Positions 39,656 through 49,551 of a stretch of DNA of 64,000 nucleotides are shown here, in pieces. How positions within the stretch are numbered: position 1 is the stretch's first letter; each line of letters opens with the position of its first letter. The position numbers and the translations under genes are program-made. The DNA is from an uncultured Candidatus Saccharibacteria bacterium (GTDB taxonomy: Bacteria > Patescibacteriota > Doudnabacteria > UBA920): assembly GCA_964384035.1 (NCBI GenBank), contig CAYLIB010000007.1, forward strand, positions 18,769 to 82,768, read 5' to 3'. The notes beneath the pieces are model-generated. The model saw only the letters and a program-made list of their open reading frames with translations, searched no databases and had not been told where the DNA came from.

Positions 39656-39961
39656 ATGAGCGCAATATTTGAAATAGGTGGTAAGCAGTATCTGGTTAAG
39701 GAAGGGGACAAAGTCCAAATAGAAAAAATTGACCAAGCGGTTGGTGAATCTATTTCTTTGGATAAGGTTCTGTTTACTGAAGACGGTGATAAATACAGCG
39801 TAGGAAAGCCTTATATTGCCGGAGCTGTTATAACTGCAAAAGTTTTAAAACAGGGTAGAGGCAAGAAAGTAGAAGTTCTTAAGTATAAGGCAAAAAGTAA
39901 GTACCGTAAGAAAATTGGACACAGGCAAGCATATACTGAAATAGAAATTGTAAAAATATAA
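39656..39961 (+). CDS. rplU: 50S ribosomal protein L21
   Basis: GGKQYLV, GHRQAYT. Confidence 0.96.
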   Translation: MSAIFEIGGKQYLVKEGDKVQIEKIDQAVGESISLDKVLFTEDGDKYSVGKPYIAGAVITAKVLKQGRGKKVEVLKYKAKSKYRKKIGHRQAYTEIEIVKI

Positions 39962-39998
39962 AAAAACTCCGCTTCATTTAAGCGGAGTTTTTTTATAT
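39956..39998. terminator. Bidirectional terminator rplU/recR
   Basis: AAAAAACTCCGCTT-cattt-AAGCGGAGTTTTTT. Confidence 0.85.
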
Positions 39999-40595
39999 AT
40001 TTCTTCTTCCTTCGAGTGCGCGGGAAAGAGTAATTTCGTCTGCATATTCGAGAACTCCTCCCATGGGAAGTCCACGAGCTATTCGGGTGACTGTTATGCC
40101 TGTGGGGGCGAGGATCTTAGTAAGATGCATGGCTGTGGTTTCGCCTTCGAGTGTGGGGTTTGTAGCTATAATTATTTCTTCGATCGGTTCCGTAGAATTT
40201 TGGATGCGGTTCAGTAGAGAGTTAATATTTAGTTTTTCCGGACCTATGCCTTCCATGGGGTTTAATACTCCGCCAAGGATGTGGAATAAGCCTTTATAGG
40301 CACCTGTTTTATCGAGTGCTAAAGCATCCATGGGTTCTTCTACGATACAGATTATGGTTTTATTTCGGTTTTGGTCTGTACATGTATTGCATGGGTTTGC
40401 GTCGTCCATGTTGTGGCAAAGTGAGCAGAAGGTGACATCGTTTCTTACATTTTTTACCGCTTCGGATAGTTGGTTTACTTCATATAAATCCCTTTTAAGC
40501 ATATAAAAAGCAAGTCGCTGGGCGGACTTTGGGCCGATCCCAGGAAGTTTGCTGAATTCCGTTATTAGTTTTTCGAGAGATTTTGGGAGTTGCAT
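39993..40595 (-). CDS. recR: Recombination mediator RecR
   Basis: LPGIGPKSAQRLA, C4 zinc finger, EGETTA, LEYADEITL. Confidence 0.96.
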   Translation of the reverse strand: MQLPKSLEKLITEFSKLPGIGPKSAQRLAFYMLKRDLYEVNQLSEAVKNVRNDVTFCSLCHNMDDANPCNTCTDQNRNKTIICIVEEPMDALALDKTGAYKGLFHILGGVLNPMEGIGPEKLNINSLLNRIQNSTEPIEEIIIATNPTLEGETTAMHLTKILAPTGITVTRIARGLPMGGVLEYADEITLSRALEGRRNI

Positions 40596-40601
40596 GGGGG
40601 T

Positions 40602-40683
40602 GAATTACGAATGACGAATAGAGAATGGGAGTGATTATTTATGAGTCTTCGACATTTGTTATTCTATATTCTTCATTCTAATT
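40602..40683. repeat. Heptamer-repeat hairpin
   Basis: GAATTAC GAATGAC GAATAGA GAATGGG ... TATTCTA TATTCTT CATTCTA. Confidence 0.7.
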
Positions 40684-42082
40684 AACTAAAGTCTTCTTCG
40701 GTGCTATTTACTGCTTGCATAACTGTTTGAGGACGCGTGTCGAATTGTTTAGCGAGGTTTTTGAAAGCTGTTTTTTCGTTGTCGAAGTATAAGTCTACTT
40801 GTCCGGTAGGACCGTTACGATGTTTTTTAATGTGTATTTCAGCAATATGAGGACGTTTGCTATCTGCGCCTTTATACATATCTTCTCGATAAATAAACAT
40901 GACTACGTCTGCATCTTGTTCTATAGAACCAGATTCTCTAAGGTCTGAAAGTTGTGGTACTTTGTCTGGGCGTTGTTCAACGCTTCGAGATAACTGAGAT
41001 AAAGCTAAGACTGGAACATTAAGTTCACGAGCGAGTATTTTAAGAGATCTGGAAATTTCGCTAACTTCTTGTACGCGGTTGTCGGTATTGTGGCCTGACA
41101 TGAGTTGAAGGTAGTCGATAACTACCATTCCTATACCATGTTCCTGTTGTAATCTACGAGCTTTGGTTCTTACTTCCATAATATTGCTACCAGCAGCGTC
41201 GTCGATGAATATTTGGGCTTCTCCGAGACGCCCCATAGCAACACCAATTTTTTCAAAGTCTTCTTCATTCAAATTACCGGTACGAATTTTCCAAAGATTA
41301 ACGTCTGACTCAGAAGAAAGAAGTCTGTCTACTAATTGATCTTTGCTCATTTCGAGTGAGAAGATAGCAGTTGGAATTTTTGCTTGCGTTGAAATGTTCT
41401 TAATTATTTCCAAAGCGAAAGAGGTCTTACCCATACTTGGACGAGCGGCGAGTATAATAAGGTCGGATTTTTGAAAACCGCCAAGGATATTGTCCATGTC
41501 TACGTAACCTGTAGGGAGACCGCGGAATTTGCCTTTATCTCTATGAAGTTCGTCTATTCTTTCAAAAGTTTCGTGAAGGACATCTGAGATAGAGATAAAA
41601 TTTTGTTTAAGATGTTTTTGGGTAACACCGTATAGTTTTTGCTCAGCTTGGTCGAGAATGGTTTCTACTTCGCCTTCTTCTTCGTAGGCGAGATGAGTTA
41701 TTTCGGAAGCGGAGTTAATAAGTCTTCTAAGGGTACCTTTTTTTCTAACTATGCCAGCGTAGTGGACTATATGAGCGCTATTTGGTACTACACTGCCGAG
41801 TTCAGCTATGTAGGAGGTGCCACCAGCTCTGTCTAGGGACTTAACATCCTCTAGGGCAGAAGAGACAGTAAGGATGTCTATTGGTGAGTTTTTTTGATAG
41901 AGCCTTAATATAGCCTCGAAAATAAGTTTGTGGCGGTGGTCGTAAAAGTCGTCTGAAATTAAGATATCGGCGATTTTTATAATACCGTCGCGGTCGAGCA
42001 GTAAACAGCCAAGAACCGACTTTTCGGCTTCTAGGTTTTGCGGGGGAATTCTATCTATATTTGGTGTTGATTTTGTAGTCAT
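40682..42082 (-). CDS. dnaB: Replicative DNA helicase
   Basis: AARPSMGKT, IDYLQLM, LSDLRESGSIEQDAD, KHRNGPTG; no intein. Confidence 0.97.
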   Translation of the reverse strand: MTTKSTPNIDRIPPQNLEAEKSVLGCLLLDRDGIIKIADILISDDFYDHRHKLIFEAILRLYQKNSPIDILTVSSALEDVKSLDRAGGTSYIAELGSVVPNSAHIVHYAGIVRKKGTLRRLINSASEITHLAYEEEGEVETILDQAEQKLYGVTQKHLKQNFISISDVLHETFERIDELHRDKGKFRGLPTGYVDMDNILGGFQKSDLIILAARPSMGKTSFALEIIKNISTQAKIPTAIFSLEMSKDQLVDRLLSSESDVNLWKIRTGNLNEEDFEKIGVAMGRLGEAQIFIDDAAGSNIMEVRTKARRLQQEHGIGMVVIDYLQLMSGHNTDNRVQEVSEISRSLKILARELNVPVLALSQLSRSVEQRPDKVPQLSDLRESGSIEQDADVVMFIYREDMYKGADSKRPHIAEIHIKKHRNGPTGQVDLYFDNEKTAFKNLAKQFDTRPQTVMQAVNSTEEDFS

Positions 42083-42167
42083 AGGTTTGAGTATTTTAAC
42101 ACAATGAAAGGTATGGGTATACCAAATAAGAGCATCTTCAGAAGTGCTAAATTTTGTGCTTTACTTG

Positions 42168-43550
42168 TTATTTTTTCTTAACTTTTTGTCCTTCAGGGGT
42201 GTCCATCAAGATCCAGCCCTGGGTTTCTATTTCTTGCCTTAGTTTGTCTGAGGTTTCGAAATCTTTATCTTTTTTTGCTGTTTCTCTTTGTGTTAAGAGC
42301 TGTGCAATTTTTTCTGGGATTGTAAATTCATCAACTGGTGGGTTATTTAAAGACAATCCGAAGACTTGATCGAATTTAAGTAGTGTTTTTAGTTTATTTT
42401 CTTTTGGGTGGTCGGTTGCAAGCATTTTCCAAGTAAGGGCGAGTGCTCCTGGGAGATTTAGGTCTTCGTTAATGAGTTTTAGGAATTCGGTTTCGTATTC
42501 TTCTAGGCCAACTGCTGCTGGGGTAATGTTTTTTGTGAACTCGTAGAGTCTATTTAATGCCGTTTCGCTGGCTTTTAAATTTTCTTCGGTGAAGTTTAGT
42601 TGGGTTCTGTAGTGAGCGGTTAAGCATAGGTAACGGTAAACAAGAGGGTTGAAACCGGTTTCTCTAAGCGAGTCTATTGTTTTTAAATTGCCTTCGCTTT
42701 TACCCATTCGACCACCGTTTATGAGCAGGAATTCACCATGCATCCATATATTGCAGAGAGGTGTACCGAAAGCCGTCTCGCTTTGGGCGATTTCGTTGGT
42801 GTGGTGGGTGCCTATGTGGTCTACGCCACCACAGTGAATGTCGAATGGTTGACCTAGGAGTTTTTTGCTAATAGCAGAGCATTCTATGTGCCAACCGGGA
42901 AAACCTTCGCCCCATGGGGAAGGCCATTTTAGTATATGGTTTTCGAATTTACCTTTTAGGAAAAACCAGAGCACGAAGTCTTGGGGATTTTTCTTTTTTT
43001 CGTCTATTACTACTTCTTCCCTAGCTCCAACTTTTTTTTCGCTTAGGTTCTGCCCACTTAGCTTTCCATAGTCTTGTAGCTTACTTGTGTCAAAATAAAT
43101 AGCGAATTCATCTTGATAAGTGAAACCTTTTTCTTCCAAGAGTTTTATTATTTCTATTTGCTCGGTTATAGATTCTGTTGCGCGGAGGAGTTTGTGTGGG
43201 GGAAGTATGTTTAATTTACTAGCGTCTTCGAAAAATTTACTTTCGTAGAACTTGGCTATCTCAAGAGGGTGTTTGCCTTCTCTTTTAGCACCTTTTTCCA
43301 TTTTATCTTCACCGTCGTCGCCGTCGCCAACTAAATGACCCACGTCGGTTATGTTCATTGCGTGGGTAACTTTTAGGCCGTTGTATTCGAGGGTTCTTCT
43401 AAGTAGGTCTTCGAAGATGTAAGTACGTAAATTGCCAATATGAGCAAAATCGTAAACAGTTGGTCCGCAGGTGTAGAGACTAACTTCGTTTTTTTGAATT
43501 GGGTTTAGTTGCTCTAATTTCCTTCCCAGGGTGTTGAATAGTTTTATCAT
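42168..43550 (-). CDS. cysS: Cysteinyl-tRNA synthetase
   Basis: CGPTVY..AHIGN, GFPGWHIECS, RMGKS. Confidence 0.96.
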   Translation of the reverse strand: MIKLFNTLGRKLEQLNPIQKNEVSLYTCGPTVYDFAHIGNLRTYIFEDLLRRTLEYNGLKVTHAMNITDVGHLVGDGDDGEDKMEKGAKREGKHPLEIAKFYESKFFEDASKLNILPPHKLLRATESITEQIEIIKLLEEKGFTYQDEFAIYFDTSKLQDYGKLSGQNLSEKKVGAREEVVIDEKKKNPQDFVLWFFLKGKFENHILKWPSPWGEGFPGWHIECSAISKKLLGQPFDIHCGGVDHIGTHHTNEIAQSETAFGTPLCNIWMHGEFLLINGGRMGKSEGNLKTIDSLRETGFNPLVYRYLCLTAHYRTQLNFTEENLKASETALNRLYEFTKNITPAAVGLEEYETEFLKLINEDLNLPGALALTWKMLATDHPKENKLKTLLKFDQVFGLSLNNPPVDEFTIPEKIAQLLTQRETAKKDKDFETSDKLRQEIETQGWILMDTPEGQKVKKK

Positions 43551-44277
43551 CGTGGTTTAGCAGTTCTTTAATCTTTTCCATTGCTTCTTCTGGGGTATCT
43601 ACTAATATGTAGTACTCAGTCTCGGCTTCGGTAACGGTATTATACTGCTTAACTAAGGTTTCATCTATCCAGGCTAGTAGGGGAGTCCAGAATTTTTTAT
43701 CTACCAGAATAATAGGCACTGGTTGGATTTTGTGAGTCTTTACTAGGGTTACAAGTTCAAAAAGTTCATCTAGTGTGCCAAATCCACCAGGAAAAAATAC
43801 GTACATTTGTGAGGCGTAGACTAGCATTACTTTCCTGGTGAAAAAGTATTTGTATTCTGTGGACTTGTTTGCGTATTGGTTGGTGCCCTGTTCGGTTGGG
43901 ATTTTTATGGAGATGCCAACGGAGTGCCCACCGGCATCGTTTGCGCCGCGGTTAGCGGCTTCCATAATACCAGGTCCTCCACCTGTCATGATGGCAAAAC
44001 CTTCTTTGCTAAGCATGGAAGCAAGTTTTTGAGTTTCTTTGTATGAGGGGTGGCTTTCGTCGAATCTGGCTGAGCCGAAGATGGTAGCGGCTTTGGTGAA
44101 TTGTTTTAGGAAGTCAAAACCCATTACAAACTCTGTCATAATTCTAAAAATTCTCCATGGGTCCCGTGGGTCCTCTGCGCTTTCTGTAGGGTCTTCAATT
44201 TCTACACGTGATGTGGTAAGGCTAACTTTCTTTTTTTTATGTTTAGAGCTTTTGGGTAAAGATTTTAAGTAGTTCAT
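43480..44277 (-). CDS. LOG-family nucleotide phosphoribohydrolase
   Basis: FGSAR, TGGGPGIMEAAN, PGGFGTLDELFE. Confidence 0.9.
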   Translation of the reverse strand: MNYLKSLPKSSKHKKKKVSLTTSRVEIEDPTESAEDPRDPWRIFRIMTEFVMGFDFLKQFTKAATIFGSARFDESHPSYKETQKLASMLSKEGFAIMTGGGPGIMEAANRGANDAGGHSVGISIKIPTEQGTNQYANKSTEYKYFFTRKVMLVYASQMYVFFPGGFGTLDELFELVTLVKTHKIQPVPIILVDKKFWTPLLAWIDETLVKQYNTVTEAETEYYILVDTPEEAMEKIKELLNHDDKTIQHPGKEIRATKPNSKKRS

Positions 44278-44348
44278 AAAATATTGGATTAATTACGAAG
44301 TGTCATTATATTACTTTGTATGATTATATCATACAATTCGCAGTTTTG

Positions 44349-44381
44349 AAAAACACCTGTGTAGTATAACAGGTGTTTTTT
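44349..44381. terminator. Rho-independent terminator
   Basis: AAAAACACCTGT-N8-ACAGGTGTTTTT. Confidence 0.8.
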
Positions 44382-44392
44382 AGCTTCCCATA

Positions 44393-46078
44393 TTAACTTA
44401 TATCAGCCAACTGTTTTACATGTCTTACTTTTAGGTTCTTTAAGTTCGTGTTGGTGTTTTTATTTTCTAGAATTTGTTTTAAGTGATCTGCGCCGATAAA
44501 GTGGGGGAGTAGAACATAGTCGGCTTGGTGGTCGTAAAGTTTTAGGGCTTCGGCTTCGTCTCTTGCTGTGACTATGAATTTAGCTTTTGAGTTAGTGGCT
44601 TCGATGGCTTCTATAAGGGAAAGCGTGTCGAACATATTTGGTAAGGTGGAAATTATTAGTTTAGCTTTTTTAATATTTGCTAAATCTTGAATGTAGGGGT
44701 CAGTAATGTCGCCACATATAACGTTGTATCCTTTAGCTTCAAGTTTTTCTACTATATCGGGATTGAAATCTATAATAACAAACTCTGTTTTTAAATGTGA
44801 GAGTGACTCGATAACTCTACTACCTAGTCGATGAGCGCCTATTAATATGAAGTGGTTTCTAAGGACCGATCTTTTAAGGTTTCTTTCTGCGGATCCTTTT
44901 TTGAAATCTAACCAAGAAATTAAATGTTTTGATTTTTCATAGATTTGACGGGTATGAAGGATTAGGTAAGAAGATACGGCAATGGTAGCGATGCCTGTGA
45001 AAGTGATTATACTTAGTTCATTTTGGGTAATATGGTTAAGGCTTAGCCCTAAAGAAGCAAGGATCAAGCTGAATTCGGAAATTTGACCGACAGTGAATCC
45101 GGTAAAGAATGCAGTTCTGGGCTTAAATCCTAATAGAGCAAGGATGACAAGGACGATTATAGGGTTTCCTATAAGTACGAAAGTTGAAAAAGCTATGCTT
45201 GGGATAACAACATTTTGCCAACCACTGAATATTAATTGGGAACCAAGTACTATAAAGAACAGCATTATAAAGAAATCTCTGAGTGGGGTTATCTTAGCGC
45301 TTATCTCGTAGTGTACTGCAGTGTTTGCGAGAGCTACCCCAGCCAGAAATCCTCCAATTGCTAGGTTGAAACCCACTAATGGTAACGCCGTTAAAGCAGC
45401 AAAGCCGAGAGCCCAGGCAAGAGAAAAAACTAGAAGAAGTTCCTGTGATTTGCTTACAGTTTTTAGGACTAATGGAAAAATAAATTTACTATGGAGGTAA
45501 ATTATTAAAAGTAAGCAAATTAACTTTATTAGTGTGTAAAGAAAGTTTAGAGGTAAGTTGCCTGCGGTGCTGTTTAATCCTTGTAGGAATACGAGAATAA
45601 AGATTGCTACGATATCTTGTATAACAAATATGCCTACAGCTAATTTTCCATATAGAGACTGTAGGTCTTTTTTTTCTGAAAGCAGTTTAACTACAATTAT
45701 TGTGGAAGAGAAAGTGAGAGCAAGACCTAAGTAGATGCTCTTAAGTGAATCAAATCCTAGGAATTTGGCTATGGTAAACCCGAGTAAAGTCGTGACTAGG
45801 ATTTGTAGGACTCCTGCGATACTTGCTGTTTTTCCGATTTTTTTTAGTTCTGTTACGTCTAGCTCTAAGCCCACCATAAATAATAAAAGTGTCACACCTA
45901 TTTCAGATAAGCCTTTAAGAGAGTCTCCTTCAGAAAGTTTGGAGAGACCAAGTGGTCCAAGGATAAGCCCAGTAAGTATATATGCAAGAATACTTGGTTG
46001 TTTAAAAAAACTAACTATAACCGCAATAGCTCCGGCTAGAATTAGTGCTAGTGTAATTTCAAAAAAAATTGATTGCAC
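44393..46078 (-). CDS. CPA2 cation/H+ antiporter with TrkA-N (KTN) domain, Kef-like
   Basis: LLLFMVGLEL, FSSTIIV, QISEFSLI, GAHRLG, GDITD. Confidence 0.88.
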   Translation of the reverse strand: MQSIFFEITLALILAGAIAVIVSFFKQPSILAYILTGLILGPLGLSKLSEGDSLKGLSEIGVTLLLFMVGLELDVTELKKIGKTASIAGVLQILVTTLLGFTIAKFLGFDSLKSIYLGLALTFSSTIIVVKLLSEKKDLQSLYGKLAVGIFVIQDIVAIFILVFLQGLNSTAGNLPLNFLYTLIKLICLLLIIYLHSKFIFPLVLKTVSKSQELLLVFSLAWALGFAALTALPLVGFNLAIGGFLAGVALANTAVHYEISAKITPLRDFFIMLFFIVLGSQLIFSGWQNVVIPSIAFSTFVLIGNPIIVLVILALLGFKPRTAFFTGFTVGQISEFSLILASLGLSLNHITQNELSIITFTGIATIAVSSYLILHTRQIYEKSKHLISWLDFKKGSAERNLKRSVLRNHFILIGAHRLGSRVIESLSHLKTEFVIIDFNPDIVEKLEAKGYNVICGDITDPYIQDLANIKKAKLIISTLPNMFDTLSLIEAIEATNSKAKFIVTARDEAEALKLYDHQADYVLLPHFIGADHLKQILENKNTNTNLKNLKVRHVKQLADIS

Positions 46079-46190
46079 GAAAATTGTGATTTTTTGTTTC
46101 TCTAGGTACTTGTATTTTTCAGACTAGACCATTATATCATAAAACGCTATATTTAAGAGATTTGAGACCGGAAATTTTATGGAGGAAAAA

Positions 46191-46862
46191 ATGGAAGAAA
46201 AAGCAGTTTGTAAATGCGGTGTAAATATACATTTAAACGAGCTTAATGGGGCATGTTCTGCCTGTAAGGTGAGATATTGGAAATCTAGGTCGAAACCTGA
46301 ATGTCCCTATGGTCATAAGAGTCAGTATTTGTGGCCAAATCTTCAAGTGATAATAACTCGGATCGTGAATAAGAAAGGTGAAATTCTATATTATTCCTTA
46401 TATTGTGGGATTTGTGATCATCAATACACGGAAGAGCAGATGATTGCAGTTCTTGAGAAATTGAAAAGTCCACAACAAGAATTCATTCATGAAAAAATTT
46501 CGTTGGCACAGTCAATTAATGAGTTGTATTTAGAAACTTTGGCCCCAATATTTAGACCATTGATAAATTTGTTGATTTGGTTGATTGGAGATTTGAAGCT
46601 AGCATTTTCTCAGGTTTATGCTTATGTATACGCTGATAAGCTGAGTCAGGTACAAGTAGAAAATGTCCAGCTAGCATTTTATTCTGAGCCGAATTTTTCA
46701 GGTCAAGAGACGTCGGATGGGATCCCGATAGTTTCTTGGTCTATGCTAGTCGATGAAGGTATGGCTTTCCCGCAGGATAATATATTAGCTACTTCTCGAG
46801 CCGTGGAATCAGCGTCGGTTCATGGGAATGAGATAGAACTTGCTGCAGAAATCCCTGGATAG
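46191..46862 (+). CDS. Hypothetical Cys-rich (Zn-ribbon-like) orphan with SD
   Basis: CKC..CSAC..CPYGH..CGIC; GGAGG at 46181-46185 favours ATG 46191. Confidence 0.65.
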   Translation: MEEKAVCKCGVNIHLNELNGACSACKVRYWKSRSKPECPYGHKSQYLWPNLQVIITRIVNKKGEILYYSLYCGICDHQYTEEQMIAVLEKLKSPQQEFIHEKISLAQSINELYLETLAPIFRPLINLLIWLIGDLKLAFSQVYAYVYADKLSQVQVENVQLAFYSEPNFSGQETSDGIPIVSWSMLVDEGMAFPQDNILATSRAVESASVHGNEIELAAEIPG

Positions 46863-46897
46863 GGTTAATTTTTTTTCAAAAAAATATCGCAGATTTT

Positions 46898-47683
46898 TTA
46901 TCTGCGTTTTTTATTTTCTTTGATAGTTGGATTTGGGCTTGTTTCCCATATGTTAGGCATGGATTTTTCCAAAAGCCAGCTTTCGATATCATCCAATAGG
47001 AAACTTGTAATTTCAATACCAGAGTAGTTTAGGAAGATTTTTCGTGGTTCGGAAATTTTTACCCTAAATCCTACATAGGAGAATTGAGAGTTAAAAGATG
47101 TATTCACTTGAGGTGGCTCACCTTTTTTTCTTGGACTGAATATAGTGACGCTAACAGGAGTTTCAGGGTTAGTCTCAAACTTAATACGTTTAAGAATTTT
47201 TCCTTCACCAGATATTATTAAAGTTTCGTATTCAGGATTGTGTTCGAATCGCTTTCTTCTGAGGATTGTATTCTCGTCAGAAGGGAAGGCTTCGTATTGT
47301 GATCCATTTAGGGTGAAATTGGTAATCCCTTCGCAGTGGCTGATTTTATCAGATGGAATACGAGAGATTAGGTCGCCGACGAAGGTATTTTCCAAGCTAC
47401 TAGAAGTAATGGGGAAGTTTATAGATAAGGTTGCTGTTATGGGGGTAGGCGATGGTGAGGGTAGTAGAATGGGTTTTGTCTGGTCAGTAGAGATTCTTTC
47501 CTGTTCTGCTCTTTCTTTCTCTTTTTTTCTTAATTCAGCAATGAGAGACTTTTCCTTCTCTGCTTGGTAGTGCATGTAAATCATATCGACTTGGTTTGTG
47601 ATGATGCTGGGTGAAGTAAGTGCAATTTGAAGTGTGGTTGCCAGCATTAAAATTAGCGAAAAAAGTCGAAGTTTTGAAAACAT
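46898..47683 (-). CDS. Hypothetical secreted/membrane-anchored orphan with its own promoter and SD
   Basis: Hydrophobic N-terminus, charged helix, PSPSPTP linker; AGGAGGT at 47691-47697; TTGACA-N17-TATTAT at 47720-47748. Confidence 0.7.
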   Translation of the reverse strand: MFSKLRLFSLILMLATTLQIALTSPSIITNQVDMIYMHYQAEKEKSLIAELRKKEKERAEQERISTDQTKPILLPSPSPTPITATLSINFPITSSSLENTFVGDLISRIPSDKISHCEGITNFTLNGSQYEAFPSDENTILRRKRFEHNPEYETLIISGEGKILKRIKFETNPETPVSVTIFSPRKKGEPPQVNTSFNSQFSYVGFRVKISEPRKIFLNYSGIEITSFLLDDIESWLLEKSMPNIWETSPNPTIKENKKRR

Positions 47684-47780
47684 TATTGTTACCTCCTCAA
47701 GTGTTAAATTGAATTTGTGATAATACGGAAAATTTGGGTTTCTGTCAATAAGTATCGAATATTTATACTGGAGTAATTAT

Positions 47781-48019
47781 TTGACAATTCTTTCCATACT
47801 AGGTATAGTCAGCGGAAGTCTTTTTTAGGTTTGGCCGTTAACAGAAAGGTGCCAAAAGGCAATTTTTGTGGTTTAACTTCAAGATTTCAAAGGTTTATAA
47901 CGTTCACGGATAAGCTTGCGTGGACGTGTTAGAGGGCTTTTTAGGACGCTAAAGAGTTTATCTAGCAAAAAGTAGTCATCAAAAACAAAGATAGAATAGA
48001 GTTTTACGGAGGTTTTGAA
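47781..48019 (+). promoter_or_regulatory. Promoter and ~200-nt structured leader of the orphan at 48020
   Basis: TTGACA-N17-TATAGT at 47781-47809; three hairpins; GGAGGT at 48008-48013. Confidence 0.55.
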
Positions 48020-49444
48020 ATGTTGAGCAATGAATTATTTCTTTTGGTTGATCCTGTCGGTGCATCGCAGCAAGCTATTGATGCTTGGCAGGCATTTAAA
48101 AGTTTGCCGTGGCCACGGGTTGCTGTGCCTGCATCTGTGGTTATTGGTGGGCTTTCTGTTGCCGGTTATTCCTTGGTCCGGAAATTTGGACCTGGTTTTA
48201 TTAACTCGGTAAATAGGAAACAGCAAGAATTTGATTTGGAACATGAGTCGTTTTATTTTATATACGATGAAGTGTTCAGAAACAATCAAATGCTCGCGAA
48301 CCACTTGGTGAATGTGGCGCAGAGTAAGCGCGGTAAAGTTTATTCACCGAATTCGAATCCTGGTATTACGCCTAGCGGACGTCGCTATAAGACGCCGTAT
48401 GCGCCGAGTACCGAAACGACTTTCGTGGAATTCGACTTGGAAACAGGTAAAGAATTCTCGCTTACCAGATCGCAGTCCAACCCTGAATTTATTTCTTGGT
48501 TGGAGACCGAATACCCTGAAGTCTTTAATGTCGGTAAGGCTGATGAAGAGTTAGGGATGATGCGTCCTTATGATCTGTGCTTGTATCTTGGTTTCCCTGA
48601 GAAATCCAAGAGATTTGGTCGTAAGAAGGATCTGCCTACCGCGAAGAAAGTTATGACTGAGTTTCGCAAGGCTACTGGTTTTGCTACCGAGAAGAAGAAG
48701 CCTGTCCAGTTCACCCCAGTGCGCGTTACATTTCGCGCCTGGAAAGAATCCTTTGACGGCAACCAGACTCTGGTTGCGAGTGGCTCGCTTGAAAGCGACT
48801 TCGAGACTTTAAAGACTGCAAATCTCGTGTTTGCTAAAATGGCTCGTGAGATGATGCTCCTGATTGCCCGCAAGAACCGCGTCGAAACTAACCCTGAATT
48901 CCTGAGCAACCCCAAAAGTTGCTTCTACAAGTTCATTTCGGACGAGATCAAGTCCAAAGACAGAATCGAGAAACCTGAGGCCCAAACCTCAGATGGGCTA
49001 ACCCCAGATACAAATCCTTTGAAGGTTAATGATCGAGTTCATGATTACCTTAAGGAGAATGGAACTGTGAGTGACTATACGGCGGGTGCATATGTTATGC
49101 GGGAAGCAAGCGATGTCGATCCTTATCCTAGGGCCTGGTTTGCAGTAAACGATGCCTACCTTGACTACACCGAAGCAGACTTCCTGGAAGCTGCTATGGC
49201 ATACCACGCCGCTACTCGTGAGAGTGACCCACAAGTCCAGAACGATTTAGCTCTATGGCGTTCGTGGGTGCGTGACAGAAAGGCGTACCTGAAAACTGAG
49301 GATACTTACCGGATTACCAGAGATGAGCCAGCAACAAGCAGGATTTGGGCCAGTGTGAGGGAATACTGCGCGAGGAGTCCAATCCTTGGTTATTTCTTTC
49401 GCGATCTGAGTACGGCTGAAGGGGGTCGTGACCTGATCTCGTAA
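48020..49444 (+). CDS. Hypothetical 474-aa orphan with an N-terminal TM segment
   Basis: Long ORF with visibly more GC and more C-ending codons than its neighbours; own promoter, SD and terminator. Confidence 0.8.
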   Translation: MLSNELFLLVDPVGASQQAIDAWQAFKSLPWPRVAVPASVVIGGLSVAGYSLVRKFGPGFINSVNRKQQEFDLEHESFYFIYDEVFRNNQMLANHLVNVAQSKRGKVYSPNSNPGITPSGRRYKTPYAPSTETTFVEFDLETGKEFSLTRSQSNPEFISWLETEYPEVFNVGKADEELGMMRPYDLCLYLGFPEKSKRFGRKKDLPTAKKVMTEFRKATGFATEKKKPVQFTPVRVTFRAWKESFDGNQTLVASGSLESDFETLKTANLVFAKMAREMMLLIARKNRVETNPEFLSNPKSCFYKFISDEIKSKDRIEKPEAQTSDGLTPDTNPLKVNDRVHDYLKENGTVSDYTAGAYVMREASDVDPYPRAWFAVNDAYLDYTEADFLEAAMAYHAATRESDPQVQNDLALWRSWVRDRKAYLKTEDTYRITRDEPATSRIWASVREYCARSPILGYFFRDLSTAEGGRDLIS

Positions 49445-49495
49445 TCGACAATAAGAAAAAAATTGTGCTCAACATAAGTACACACACAATACTTT

Positions 49496-49524
49496 GGCTG
49501 CATGAACCCCACATGCAGCCTTTT
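49496..49524 (+). terminator. Rho-independent terminator
   Basis: GGCTGCATG-N7-CATGCAGCC-TTTT. Confidence 0.8.
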
Positions 49525-49551
49525 CCTTTGGTTTTGTGTTTTGTGGCTATG

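Noticed and set aside
46885-46912. Fourth copy of the AAAATCTGCAAT family (ATCGCAGATTTT)
   Set aside because: Matches only the left-end consensus and is adequately explained as the CGCAGAT/ATCTGCG terminator between convergent orphans.
48340-48365. tRNA fragment (TTCGAATCC)
   Set aside because: Lies inside a long ORF with no cloverleaf or acceptor stem.
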